A DNA stretch of 64,000 nucleotides, from positions 64,001 through 128,000 of the IMG/VR virus record IMGVR_UViG_3300037067_018912. The stretch is one strand, 5' to 3'. The notes beneath the pieces were generated by a model that was given only the letters and a program-made list of their open reading frames with translations, was not told the DNA's origin and searched no databases. This document shows, in pieces, positions 27,664 to 37,106 of this stretch (the stretch's first letter is position 1; every line of letters begins with the position of its first letter). The DNA is from a virus. Lineage: Duplodnaviria > Caudoviricetes. Made by a program: the position numbers and the translations under genes.

Positions 27664-28389
27664 CTAATATCTGTATTCAAAACCCGCCTTATCGAGCATT
27701 GGCGTCACCTTATCGAGAACATCCATGTCAAAAGGGATTTTTGTTTCATTATATAAACTGAGATAATGATAATAATCATAACAGTTATGCCCATGATAGT
27801 TGTAAATATACAAAAACGGCATATTATCTACAAGACAACATTTTAATTTTGTATTCTCAGCGATTACAGTATCCTCACCCAAATGCGTTCCATCAGGATA
27901 TCTGTATTTAATATTCTTCCTAAACATTATGCTTGCGGGCTTACCAACAATCGAATAATGATCCGGCCATCTGTTCATCGACAATAATTTGGTGTTTCTG
28001 AAATACATCATGTAGTTCTTGAGAAGGCAATAATCATATCCTTTGCCATCAATCAAATGAAAAAATTGCTTTTCAATCCTTTCCGCATGATAAAGATCGT
28101 CATCATCCCATTGGATACAATAATCTCCGGAAGCGTTCCTGATTGAAACATTTCTTAAAGCACCTAATGGCATTTTTTTGTCCGGAATGGCAAGTTTAAT
28201 CTTTTCATCCTTGTATTTTTCCAAAAAGGCTTCAAGGCATTCCAAACTTATTGGATCACAATCAGGAACTATAACAAGTTCCTTGTTCTCATATGTTTGC
28301 GATATATAGCAATATATTGCATTATCGATGAAATTCAAGTTGGCTGCCCTCGTAACCATGAGGCAACTAACCAACGGTAATCCTGGCAT
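27664..28389 (-). CDS. glycosyltransferase family 2 (paralog A)
   Basis: PLVSCLMVT, GALRN, QWDDDD, GED. Confidence 0.88.
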   Translation of the reverse strand: MPGLPLVSCLMVTRAANLNFIDNAIYCYISQTYENKELVIVPDCDPISLECLEAFLEKYKDEKIKLAIPDKKMPLGALRNVSIRNASGDYCIQWDDDDLYHAERIEKQFFHLIDGKGYDYCLLKNYMMYFRNTKLLSMNRWPDHYSIVGKPASIMFRKNIKYRYPDGTHLGEDTVIAENTKLKCCLVDNMPFLYIYNYHGHNCYDYYHYLSLYNETKIPFDMDVLDKVTPMLDKAGFEYRY

Positions 28390-28410
28390 TGCAAATAAAC
28401 GTTTTAAAAA

Positions 28411-29319
28411 CTACTGCACTTCGCTCGTTATGTCGTCGAAATTCTGCGTTTCGTCGATATTTTCTCTTTTTTCCTTAACTTCAAACAGTGGGACGTTTGT
28501 GGTATCATCCTTGATTTCATACAGGTTAATTTGTTTGGTTATCGCCCTGTCTTTATTGTAATATGTTAAAATGCCTTTTTGAACATCTTTAATCTGTTCA
28601 CCCGCCACAACATCCATTATCGTGTCAAGCGTGTTCTCCACGAGTTCAACTTCGATTGTCAATGGGGTAAAAAATGTATTTGATAACAACATTTCTTGTC
28701 CCGGCGTGCCGATGAATGGATATGAATTCGGCTTAACGTCCGATGAACTGCTTGGCGTTAATTGAATGAAAACAAGTGAACCAGAATCATCGAAACGGTA
28801 TCTTTGTGTTTTCTGACTCGTGTTTCCAACATTCTCGCTAACCGCCACAACCTTATTCGAAGTCACCACATACCTGAAAACATTGCGTAATTTCGTATTG
28901 TCAGAATTAATGTACTCAATACGGTATCCTTGCAAAGCATTGTTTGCCCTCAATCCATCAGGAAGATCATTAAGGTTGACCACCAATCCTTTAATCGTAG
29001 GAAGTGCCGACAAAACACCGCAATCCTTAATCTCGATAGGTTCGAGCACTTTGGGTTTTATGTAAATCGTATAAATCCCCAATTGATTAAAAATTGATGC
29101 GGGAAGTCTCAGGTTATAAAGACCTTCCAAAAGATTTTCATAGCCAACCCGCTGTTCACTTTGCGGCAGGTAGCAATACGACAACATATCACTTGGCGAT
29201 TCGATCTTGAATATGTCGTCGTTCAACGTCTGCCTGTCAGGGATATAGTTGTAATAAATGTCGATGTCTTCGATGCTGACATCTGCAGGTCTTGTTATAC
29301 CGTATGTTCCTATCGCCAT
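28411..29319 (-). CDS. putative virion structural protein
   Basis: 302 aa ORF in the baseplate operon. Confidence 0.65.
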   Translation of the reverse strand: MAIGTYGITRPADVSIEDIDIYYNYIPDRQTLNDDIFKIESPSDMLSYCYLPQSEQRVGYENLLEGLYNLRLPASIFNQLGIYTIYIKPKVLEPIEIKDCGVLSALPTIKGLVVNLNDLPDGLRANNALQGYRIEYINSDNTKLRNVFRYVVTSNKVVAVSENVGNTSQKTQRYRFDDSGSLVFIQLTPSSSSDVKPNSYPFIGTPGQEMLLSNTFFTPLTIEVELVENTLDTIMDVVAGEQIKDVQKGILTYYNKDRAITKQINLYEIKDDTTNVPLFEVKEKRENIDETQNFDDITSEVQ

Positions 29320-29320
29320 T

Positions 29321-29767
29321 TTAACTGTTTTGTATTATGTTGAAATATTTTCCGCCAGCATATGTCTCCAAATCCAAAAGGTTTCTAACGAATTCTAACT
29401 TATAATTCTTGTCGAATGCCGACACCTCCTGTCTGACTATAAATACATCATCGTCTATTTTTGGATTACTAACGATCTTTTCTTTATCCGGATTTTTGAA
29501 TATCGGTGCTGAAATAAAATCAGGACTGTTTGTACCTTGCGCAGTGAATGAAAACGTCGTGCAAAGTGTGACCCCATCCGAAATCACATCAACATAACCC
29601 ATACTGTTTATATAATAGACATAGCAACTGCCCTGCACCGAAGCGTTGTAATCCACTCCATCACTAACCGATGAACCATTGGAAACATACTTTTCCTCAT
29701 ATGTGGGATTTACAGCATATTTTTCCAATTCGCTCAACCTGCTATATGTAGTACCCGTTACTGTCAT
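29321..29767 (-). CDS. putative virion structural protein
   Basis: 148 aa ORF in the baseplate operon. Confidence 0.65.
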   Translation of the reverse strand: MTVTGTTYSRLSELEKYAVNPTYEEKYVSNGSSVSDGVDYNASVQGSCYVYYINSMGYVDVISDGVTLCTTFSFTAQGTNSPDFISAPIFKNPDKEKIVSNPKIDDDVFIVRQEVSAFDKNYKLEFVRNLLDLETYAGGKYFNIIQNS

Positions 29768-29769
29768 TT

Positions 29770-30360
29770 TTATTCTATTTCATATCCAACCACCGCTTGT
29801 TGATTTTTCAAGAAATATATTGTCATACCATATCCAATCTTCCCTTCCGCATTTCTTGCAAATGCCCTGAAATATATTTTATTACCAACAAATTGCAATA
29901 AAGCAATTTTTATTGAGTATAAAACATTTATGTTGATCGAATTCTCGATTGATGTTTTTTTAACCTTAACATCCGAATTGTTGTATAATAATGTTGCATT
30001 TGTAGTATAAAATTCTGAGGCAATCACCCCGTATTCAACAATGGGTGAGCCACCCGTGTTTGTCACTTTATTGCCACTGACCCCCATAAATACACCAACA
30101 GTGCTCGCAACTCCTGTAACCACTGTTGGAGCGATTGTTGTACCGCCCAATGTACCAGAAAGGGTAGTAGTCCCACCTTCAACAGCAGTATTCCCGGTAG
30201 TGTATGCATCGAAAAATCCCATATCCTGCGCTTCTTGCGTCAGACAGACTTTGAATGTATAATAGATATTTATGTCCGGTATAATGATGCAACATTCCGT
30301 ACAACCCGTGGTTGCTCCGGTGGTCATCACACGCTGTATGGTCTTTTTCAAAACTTCCAT
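29770..30360 (-). CDS. virion protein with a Bacteroidota-type FN3-like domain
   Basis: PTVVT..VTNTGGSPIVEYGV..YFRAFARNAEGKIGYG. Confidence 0.65.
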   Translation of the reverse strand: MEVLKKTIQRVMTTGATTGCTECCIIIPDINIYYTFKVCLTQEAQDMGFFDAYTTGNTAVEGGTTTLSGTLGGTTIAPTVVTGVASTVGVFMGVSGNKVTNTGGSPIVEYGVIASEFYTTNATLLYNNSDVKVKKTSIENSININVLYSIKIALLQFVGNKIYFRAFARNAEGKIGYGMTIYFLKNQQAVVGYEIE

Positions 30361-32210
30361 TATACAATCTTCTTTCTCAAATATACCTTAATATCCTTTT
30401 CGGGATACCTGATTTCGAACATCGAATCCTCTGTTGAATGTATTGTATTGTTTACGAGGTCTATCTCACCTGTTGTTGTATTCACAATATTTTGTGGAAT
30501 GACGTTGTTTGAATACTGACCGCCGACTTTATTATAAACTTTGATGCTAATAACGTTTACTACCCCATTTGCCTGCAATATCTGCCTTTGTAATTGGCCG
30601 AGGAACACGTCTTGGTTCATCTCGTAATCGTTGATGTCAAAATATTCCTTAACAAGAGATATTATGCTATTGGCCACTTGATTATCAGCGATGTTTTCGA
30701 CATATACGTCAATATCAAACGCTAAATTAAATATCTTACCGTCTTTAACCTCAACATAGTCGTTGATCATGCGATATTGGGACAAATATTCCGCAATATT
30801 GTCCTTCAACAGCGAATTACTCGTGTTTGACAACTTCCCATCAGACCCCAATCCGAGAATTGAGATCACGACTTTATTATTTTGTTTAAAAACATTGGTA
30901 CGGAATGGTGATCCGAACTTCCCCGGCATCTTGTAAATCTGCATCAAATAATCTGTAAGGGTGACATTCCGGTACTGTCCCGAAAAATTATATTTTACCA
31001 ACTGCCTGATCTGTTCCACACTCAACCCATCATTTCCACCTATCGCCGGGATCGGATTGTTCGCCATTAAACTTCTTTGGACAGCCTGGTTGAGATCAGA
31101 ACGTGAACCAAGAACCCTCAAATTGTAACTGCCGAGTTGCGTCAATACGCCGCTTCCAAGATTCGATGCACTACCGCCCCCTGTCCTGTATTTCACGAAC
31201 AGCGTATATCCGGCTTTAAGTTTCTCACCCAAAGCAGTGTTATTCAAAAAATTTTCAAGGAAACCACGGTTGCTGACCCCTTCTTTCAAGAACCCCTCGG
31301 TAAATGCGTTGACATCAGCATCACCAGACCCAAAGGTTAATTTACAAAAACCGTTTGCAGTGAATTCTTTGATGAATTTTTTCGTTACATCAATCCACCT
31401 ACCTGCTTTCAAACCATTTGTATTGGTATTGGCTTGTGAACTATTAGTGTTCTCAACGAAAACTTTTTGTTGAGCCAAGTAGTCCACTTCGTAATACCTG
31501 TAATCGTCATTATAAAAATCACTCATGGAAGGGTTCGACGAATAATTCGTACCTTCCAAAAGGATAATACTTTCAATCTCAATAATACTTGGATCGGGCA
31601 ATGTCACAGAGAAGAATGGTATAACATCCCCCGCAGTTATGGTTCTCTTAAAAATATTTGTTGAACCGTTTATTACAACCTCCCGTTTGGTTACACTGTA
31701 ATTCTGAATGATTCCATTAGAGTCCAAGTTTGGAATTATCGAACGATTTGGGTCTCCGAGCGTGCTTATTGCAGAACTCCAATCAATGTTTTCCTGTGTC
31801 TCAAATGTTTTTCCGCCGCCAACCACCTGCGCACCTTTTTCAAGCACAGGATAATATGACACATCCGGTCTATCTCCAAGGACGGGAACGTTTACGGTGA
31901 AATCAATGACCGTCACTGACGCTCTGCGTGCGGGAATGTTGAAACCCATATTTTTTGCAATATTCAATATGGATGCTTTTTGTTGCGCATATTCAAGTTG
32001 GGTTTCTTGGAATGCCCTGTCCGTATTAATCGCCAAGTTGTTGGTGACACCTGCATTTATATCGATGAGCATTGCTCCGACACTTGAATCGGTGAAATCA
32101 TTCAACACTTCAGGATAGGTCTGCCGGATAAGGGTGATCAAATCCGTCCTGATTTCGCCGAATGTTCTGCTTCCGTATTGTATCACATTTGTCGTCATGT
32201 TTGTTGCCAT
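30360..32210 (-). CDS. baseplate wedge subunit (T4 gp6 / baseplate J-like)
   Basis: RTFGEIRTDL, NDFTDSS, LTFGSG, YRTGGG..SN, AIGGNDG, RNVTLTDY. Confidence 0.85.
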   Translation of the reverse strand: MATNMTTNVIQYGSRTFGEIRTDLITLIRQTYPEVLNDFTDSSVGAMLIDINAGVTNNLAINTDRAFQETQLEYAQQKASILNIAKNMGFNIPARRASVTVIDFTVNVPVLGDRPDVSYYPVLEKGAQVVGGGKTFETQENIDWSSAISTLGDPNRSIIPNLDSNGIIQNYSVTKREVVINGSTNIFKRTITAGDVIPFFSVTLPDPSIIEIESIILLEGTNYSSNPSMSDFYNDDYRYYEVDYLAQQKVFVENTNSSQANTNTNGLKAGRWIDVTKKFIKEFTANGFCKLTFGSGDADVNAFTEGFLKEGVSNRGFLENFLNNTALGEKLKAGYTLFVKYRTGGGSASNLGSGVLTQLGSYNLRVLGSRSDLNQAVQRSLMANNPIPAIGGNDGLSVEQIRQLVKYNFSGQYRNVTLTDYLMQIYKMPGKFGSPFRTNVFKQNNKVVISILGLGSDGKLSNTSNSLLKDNIAEYLSQYRMINDYVEVKDGKIFNLAFDIDVYVENIADNQVANSIISLVKEYFDINDYEMNQDVFLGQLQRQILQANGVVNVISIKVYNKVGGQYSNNVIPQNIVNTTTGEIDLVNNTIHSTEDSMFEIRYPEKDIKVYLRKKIV

Positions 32211-32220
32211 GTTCTATGTC

Positions 32221-32619
32221 TTAAAAATTTAATTCTAATTCACCTGTTTCAGAAAACGTATCTTCGGTGTATGTAAATTTAATGTAAACGTTCAATTGAC
32301 TTTCAGACATTGGGAGACCTTGGTCATCGACGTTCTTGTTGAATGTGATCCGGTCTATTTTCAACGCCGGAATGTAGGATGATACCGTCCTTTTTATCTC
32401 CTGTTCAATATCTGATTGTACGAGATTATCATTCGGTTCGAAGATGAATCTCAATAAGTCCGTTCCATAATCGGGTTCGTAATATCTTTCGCCTTTCTGT
32501 GTTAATAATAACAAGAGCAAATCCGAAGTCAACGCATCTTTGGTCGTCTTGGTAAGTGCGAAATACGTGTTCGTTGTGACATCGTCGTTCAACGGGAATT
32601 TGATATTATACGATACCAT
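32221..32619 (-). CDS. baseplate wedge protein gp25/GPW-like
   Basis: IKFPL, LLLTQKGERYYEPDYGT, FIFEP. Confidence 0.88.
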   Translation of the reverse strand: MVSYNIKFPLNDDVTTNTYFALTKTTKDALTSDLLLLLLTQKGERYYEPDYGTDLLRFIFEPNDNLVQSDIEQEIKRTVSSYIPALKIDRITFNKNVDDQGLPMSESQLNVYIKFTYTEDTFSETGELELNF

Positions 32620-32635
32620 TATGAAAGAATTTATT

Positions 32636-32643
32636 ATAAATAC
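32636..32643 (-). promoter_or_regulatory. putative late promoter GTATTTAT heading the baseplate operon
   Basis: 16 nt upstream of the ATG at 32619, just after a terminator. Confidence 0.6.
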
Positions 32644-32651
32644 TCATGAAC

Positions 32652-32683
32652 AAAAAAATCCCGACGGATAACCGCCGGGATTT
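32652..32683 (-). terminator. intrinsic terminator
   Basis: AAATCCCGACGG-ATAA-CCGCCGGGATTT hairpin plus A7 (U-tract on the minus strand). Confidence 0.75.
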
Positions 32684-32705
32684 ATAAATGCAACGAATGT
32701 GATGT

Positions 32706-33185
32706 TTATTTATTAAACTTCTTACCACGTTTACCTTTACGTGCAGCCTTTTCCTCATCTTCTTTCTGTTTTTGCTTGTCGAAAAGACTTTTTATCGACT
32801 CATGCAGCACAATAATCGGATCGTGACCGTATTTCTCTAAAACACCCCTGTAGGTGCTGAAATTGGGTTTTTCCAATGTGACAGCGTCGGTTTCAGAAAC
32901 AGAAACGCCTGCCAAACATTCAATGATCGCCATTTCTTTCTGATCATCAGGCATTTGGTCAAGAATTTCCTCGTTGAAAACAACCGCAAAATTAACCCCC
33001 GGTGAATCCGAAATAATGCTTGTCAATGTCTCGACAAGATCGTTCAATTTTACGATTTTATAAAGCATTTTCTGCTTGTTACTGCAGAGAATTTCAAATT
33101 CCAACCAATGTGGAATTGCAGTCTTTGCCTTAATGCCGTTAAACAGAGTAACAACATCTTCGGACGCTCTTTCAAACTTTGCCAT
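32706..33185 (-). CDS. phage metallopeptidase-like protein lacking HExxH
   Basis: DQMPDDQKEMAIIECLAG..KPNFSTYRGVLEKYG layout. Confidence 0.5.
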   Translation of the reverse strand: MAKFERASEDVVTLFNGIKAKTAIPHWLEFEILCSNKQKMLYKIVKLNDLVETLTSIISDSPGVNFAVVFNEEILDQMPDDQKEMAIIECLAGVSVSETDAVTLEKPNFSTYRGVLEKYGHDPIIVLHESIKSLFDKQKQKEDEEKAARKGKRGKKFNK

Positions 33186-33196
33186 AAATAATTGAT

Positions 33197-33634
33197 TTAG
33201 TTAATGATAAAATTACTGTATTTCAGTTTAATATCTTCAATTTTCTGATACAAATCGCCGAACACAGGGTCTTCACCCTCGAATTCTGTCGCAAATTTGT
33301 CTTCAAGTTCCTTGACGTGAGAGAACATGTCGTCAATGCTCATCTTCACCATGTCTTCAATTTCGATAAGGGTGACCAACAATTTATTGATTTCATCCTT
33401 TTTTGTCACAACTGTCATTTCGTTCACGTAATTATTGTTCGCTGCCAACACCTCTTCTTCTGTAACAACGGGAGGTGTTTTTAATTTTTCCAACATTTCT
33501 TTCTCTTCATCGGAGAGGAACAATCCTTTGGCATTATCCGCATTCTTTTCGATCTCATTGATCTTCTTAGCCGCTTCCGAATTAAATTCGCCGTTATCGA
33601 CCGCTTTTTTCAATTCATCTAAAAAATTTCCCAT
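33197..33634 (-). CDS. hypothetical acidic helical protein
   Basis: 145 aa ORF in operon. Confidence 0.7.
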   Translation of the reverse strand: MGNFLDELKKAVDNGEFNSEAAKKINEIEKNADNAKGLFLSDEEKEMLEKLKTPPVVTEEEVLAANNNYVNEMTVVTKKDEINKLLVTLIEIEDMVKMSIDDMFSHVKELEDKFATEFEGEDPVFGDLYQKIEDIKLKYSNFIIN

Positions 33635-33646
33635 ATAAAATAAGTT

Positions 33647-34561
33647 TTATCTTCCAAAATTTACCGTTTCCATTTCAATTCCCTTGAACTTCCAAACTTC
33701 GTGGGTGTCATTGTATTTAATCCTTTTCATGAAACCGATTATGTTGAAACCGATCATCTCACCATAATCGTTATTAATAAAAACATCCTTCATATTGCAA
33801 ACCTCTTTGAAAACGTTCGAATCGTCTGCAATATCTATAGTTCCGAATTTCAACGGAATAAAGAATTCCAACAACCTGTATTCCATTCCAATCTTCTTTA
33901 TGTGTAGGAATTCAGTGAGTTGTTCAATCTTGTTCACAACGTCTTCTTCACGGAACACTTTTAACGGGAACACAAATTGCTTCGACTTCTTAAACACGTC
34001 CAACACTTCATATTCAAAATCAACACCTTCTTTTTCTGTCTTTTCAACCACGTCCATTATGTTCGACAAACCCGTTTCAATTGGTTTATTATTGAAAATG
34101 TAAAGAAGTTCGTAATTATCGTCTTTGGTGCGTCTTTCTTCGTATTCCAATTCCAGTACTTCGCCCAACGTCTTACCTTTGTGCCTGTGTTTCCCATCAA
34201 AAAAGCCGTAATGCTCGTACCGTCTTCCATATTGATCCTTTTGACCATAATTCATGTGATATTTGTCGGCAGCCACCGCCACTTTATGGGGTGTCGCCTT
34301 GCGGACGAATTTATCGGCCTTCTTGAGAAGTTCGTAATAATCCTGCACGTATTTCTCATCACGCTGCCCTGCGTAGAATTTTTCAAGCAGGGGGTTGTGA
34401 TGTAATTTACGTTGGACGTACTTATCCTTCTCATCAAGATCATCGGGGTTAGCCTTGAGAATCTCCTCCTCAGTATTGTAGAGGGCGATGCTTATATTAA
34501 TCATGACACTGTGGAACTTAATATACAACCACAGTACTACTCTTTCAAAAAATCTCCTCAT
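33647..34561 (-). CDS. hypothetical protein
   Basis: 304 aa ORF, translationally coupled (TAATG). Confidence 0.7.
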   Translation of the reverse strand: MRRFFERVVLWLYIKFHSVMINISIALYNTEEEILKANPDDLDEKDKYVQRKLHHNPLLEKFYAGQRDEKYVQDYYELLKKADKFVRKATPHKVAVAADKYHMNYGQKDQYGRRYEHYGFFDGKHRHKGKTLGEVLELEYEERRTKDDNYELLYIFNNKPIETGLSNIMDVVEKTEKEGVDFEYEVLDVFKKSKQFVFPLKVFREEDVVNKIEQLTEFLHIKKIGMEYRLLEFFIPLKFGTIDIADDSNVFKEVCNMKDVFINNDYGEMIGFNIIGFMKRIKYNDTHEVWKFKGIEMETVNFGR

Positions 34562-35214
34562 TACCCGGCGACAGTTTTTTCCAATTCGGTCTTACGCTTT
34601 TCAAGGGTTTTCACCTCGGTGGTCAATAGATTTAACTCACGCTGTCTTTGTTCAATTTTTAATTGCAAGTCATCGGCCTTGAAAGCATATGTTTTATTGT
34701 ATTTCTCGATCAATTGTTTGAATTCCGTGAAAAGTTCGTTGATATATCTTTCCTCCCAATCTTTTCGAGTTTTCTCTTCACTGAGAATGAACGTCTTATT
34801 GAGACGAACACTGTTGGCGAGGGAATCGATTAAACCATTCATCCCCTTTTCTTCTAAATCGGGAAATGATTTTTCCACGATCTTCCGGATTTTATTGAAC
34901 TTTTTTTGTGTTTTCTTCTTCTTTTTTTCTAAATCCTTGACGAAGGTAGATTTTTTCACCGGGGTCGACTTGACGGGGTTCTTCACTGTTGAACCATTCG
35001 CAAGCCTGATAAGATTCTTATCCTTTTCAGGAATTTTCGATTTGTTCTCCGATTGTGATTCGTTCAACTTCCTTTGAAGTTTGATGTACTTCATTTCAGA
35101 TTTTGAATATAATTTATCCAACTTCCTTTGAAGTTTATCTAATTTCTTTTTAGGTTTAGCCTGTTTTTTCAGAAGTTTCTTCTCCTGTTTCTTCACTTTC
35201 TTACTTTTTTTCAT
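34561..35214 (-). CDS. highly basic Lys-rich coiled-coil protein
   Basis: MKKSKKVKKQEKKLLKKQAKPKKK... Confidence 0.65.
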   Translation of the reverse strand: MKKSKKVKKQEKKLLKKQAKPKKKLDKLQRKLDKLYSKSEMKYIKLQRKLNESQSENKSKIPEKDKNLIRLANGSTVKNPVKSTPVKKSTFVKDLEKKKKKTQKKFNKIRKIVEKSFPDLEEKGMNGLIDSLANSVRLNKTFILSEEKTRKDWEERYINELFTEFKQLIEKYNKTYAFKADDLQLKIEQRQRELNLLTTEVKTLEKRKTELEKTVAG

Positions 35215-35225
35215 GGTATTTGGTT

Positions 35226-36608
35226 TTAAACTACTGCCAATGTCTTTGCAACTGCCGCCCTATAAAAATCAGCACGTTTTTTTGTCACATCAGCAAGATT
35301 ATATTGATCTTTGAAGTCCTCGTACAATTGCTCGCCGAGTTGTTTTCTCAAATCGGGATTGAGGATCAACCTTTTGAGATATTTCGTCCAATATTTATGT
35401 GCATTTTTCACTGCAGGAATTAACACACAGTTCTCCATGTGCCGCCCATGTACGTTATAAGGCGGAATATCTGAACATACGATCGGAAGTTTTCTCGACC
35501 AACATTCAACCTGTTTCAAATTTGATTTCATCCTGTTGAAAGAATTATCGGCCAACGGGGCAATCACGATATCGGTTTCATCGAGAACTTTCGCATAAGT
35601 ATTCGCTTTCTGCGTCCACCTGCGGGCAAAATTACCCTCCTCCGGGTATTCGACATTTCTTTCGAAATTATGAAGCCATTGAATGTAATCAGGATTGCTT
35701 ATCATCCTATGATTATCGGTTAATATCTTCTCGTATATGTAATATACGCTTTCCGTCGATTTGATGTCCCTCTGTTGGCTGTTGAATATCTTACCACGGT
35801 ACTTTTCCTTCAAATCAAGCGGCAGATCAGGTATCTTGTCCACATCGCCCCTCGATTTATTAATATCCTTAACCATTTTGTGCACCCATAACCCTCTTTT
35901 TTGCAATTCAGTACCGAATTCTTGGTTAAAGGTGATGTCGGTGGTATTGCCCTCAGTATCCCATCCGGCGATTACAACCTTAAATTTATTCTTTAAATTA
36001 GTGTCGTTTGAAAGAACGTTCATTACACCTTGAAGTTGTTCAACGTCCGCCATATGGGACGACCCGGCCATATATGTTATCCTGACACGACCGTCGGGAT
36101 CGGGTCTCCAATTATTTTGAAACTGTTTCATCCAAACAGGGTCAACGGAATTATAGAATACCCCAACATTGTCCCTTCCAGTTACCTTGCGGATTTCCTC
36201 GGCGAATAAATCGGTGGTTGTAGTAACATAATCCGCTATTTTAAGGTTCTCAAGGATTGGGATGTATAACTTCTTTTCGAGACTCATCGTGTAAAACGGA
36301 TGTTTTTGATGCAAATTCCAATAGTCGTCTATATCAACTATCAGTATTGTCCCCGATTTTTTCAATTCGTTTGCAAGATTCAACATCTGCTTTGAATCTC
36401 CAAGAAACTGACGGTGGTAGTGTATAATATGAAACGTTTTTAAATAATCCACAAAAGCGGGGTCGTTGAAATTGATTTGGGGGTTGATTTCAACGTAAAA
36501 TTCATCCGAATGATTCCTTTCAATCTCTATTGCCGGAGTCAGAGTCCTGAAATAGTTAACTCCCGCACCGTCAAGGTTATAGAACAAAATTCTTATCTTT
36601 CCATCCAT
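35226..36608 (-). CDS. GT-B fold glycosyltransferase (GT4-like)
   Basis: DIDDYW, ADYVTTTT, DIVIAPL..FNRMKSNLKQVE..PIVCSDIPPY. Confidence 0.85.
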   Translation of the reverse strand: MDGKIRILFYNLDGAGVNYFRTLTPAIEIERNHSDEFYVEINPQINFNDPAFVDYLKTFHIIHYHRQFLGDSKQMLNLANELKKSGTILIVDIDDYWNLHQKHPFYTMSLEKKLYIPILENLKIADYVTTTTDLFAEEIRKVTGRDNVGVFYNSVDPVWMKQFQNNWRPDPDGRVRITYMAGSSHMADVEQLQGVMNVLSNDTNLKNKFKVVIAGWDTEGNTTDITFNQEFGTELQKRGLWVHKMVKDINKSRGDVDKIPDLPLDLKEKYRGKIFNSQQRDIKSTESVYYIYEKILTDNHRMISNPDYIQWLHNFERNVEYPEEGNFARRWTQKANTYAKVLDETDIVIAPLADNSFNRMKSNLKQVECWSRKLPIVCSDIPPYNVHGRHMENCVLIPAVKNAHKYWTKYLKRLILNPDLRKQLGEQLYEDFKDQYNLADVTKKRADFYRAAVAKTLAVV

Positions 36609-36650
36609 ATCCGATAACTTATAAAATATTATAATTTTTAGTAATTAATT

Positions 36651-36658
36651 ATAAATAC
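36651..36658 (-). promoter_or_regulatory. putative late promoter GTATTTAT
   Basis: upstream of the GT4 gene, after a terminator. Confidence 0.55.
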
Positions 36659-36697
36659 TAAAAATAAGTGAAAAGGATCAAAGATGAAAGGGTTTTT

Positions 36698-36724
36698 AAA
36701 AAAAATGCCGACTTTTGGTCGGCA
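36698..36724 (-). terminator. intrinsic terminator
   Basis: A8-TGCCGAC-TTTTG-GTCGGCA. Confidence 0.75.
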
Positions 36725-36747
36725 CAATGTTTTGATGTGAAAATGTG

Positions 36748-37098
36748 TTACTCGTCCCTGTGGACTTGAACCTTCTTTTTGGCGATCTTTTTAGTTTCCA
36801 TCTCGTCTTTTGTTTCCTCAACGGATTTGACTGGTATGGAGACAGGTTTTGCCACCTTTTTTATCTCGGCGTTCAACTCTGCAGATGTCACCTCAATAAC
36901 AGTAACAAGTCCCTTGACTCTCAACCTGTGTATCGAAAGTGGTAAGGTTTGAACGGTAAGATAGATCGAACCACCGGGTTTTACCTTGACGGTCTTCTTC
37001 ATCATTCCGTCAACATAACTGACGTCTAAAGGAGAATTGTATTTGAAGTCACGTTTCCCGACTGAGTTTGTTATATTTGTTATTCTGTATGTAACCAT
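36748..37098 (-). CDS. hypothetical protein
   Basis: 116 aa ORF with a charged C-terminal tail. Confidence 0.7.
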   Translation of the reverse strand: MVTYRITNITNSVGKRDFKYNSPLDVSYVDGMMKKTVKVKPGGSIYLTVQTLPLSIHRLRVKGLVTVIEVTSAELNAEIKKVAKPVSIPVKSVEETKDEMETKKIAKKKVQVHRDE

Positions 37099-37106
37099 GA
37101 TTTTAA

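Noticed and set aside
22393-30093. Intragenic GTATTTAT copies at 22393-22400, 29439-29446 and 30086-30093
   Set aside because: They lie inside coding sequence 120-320 nt from the next start and may be chance in AT-rich DNA; not called without TSS data
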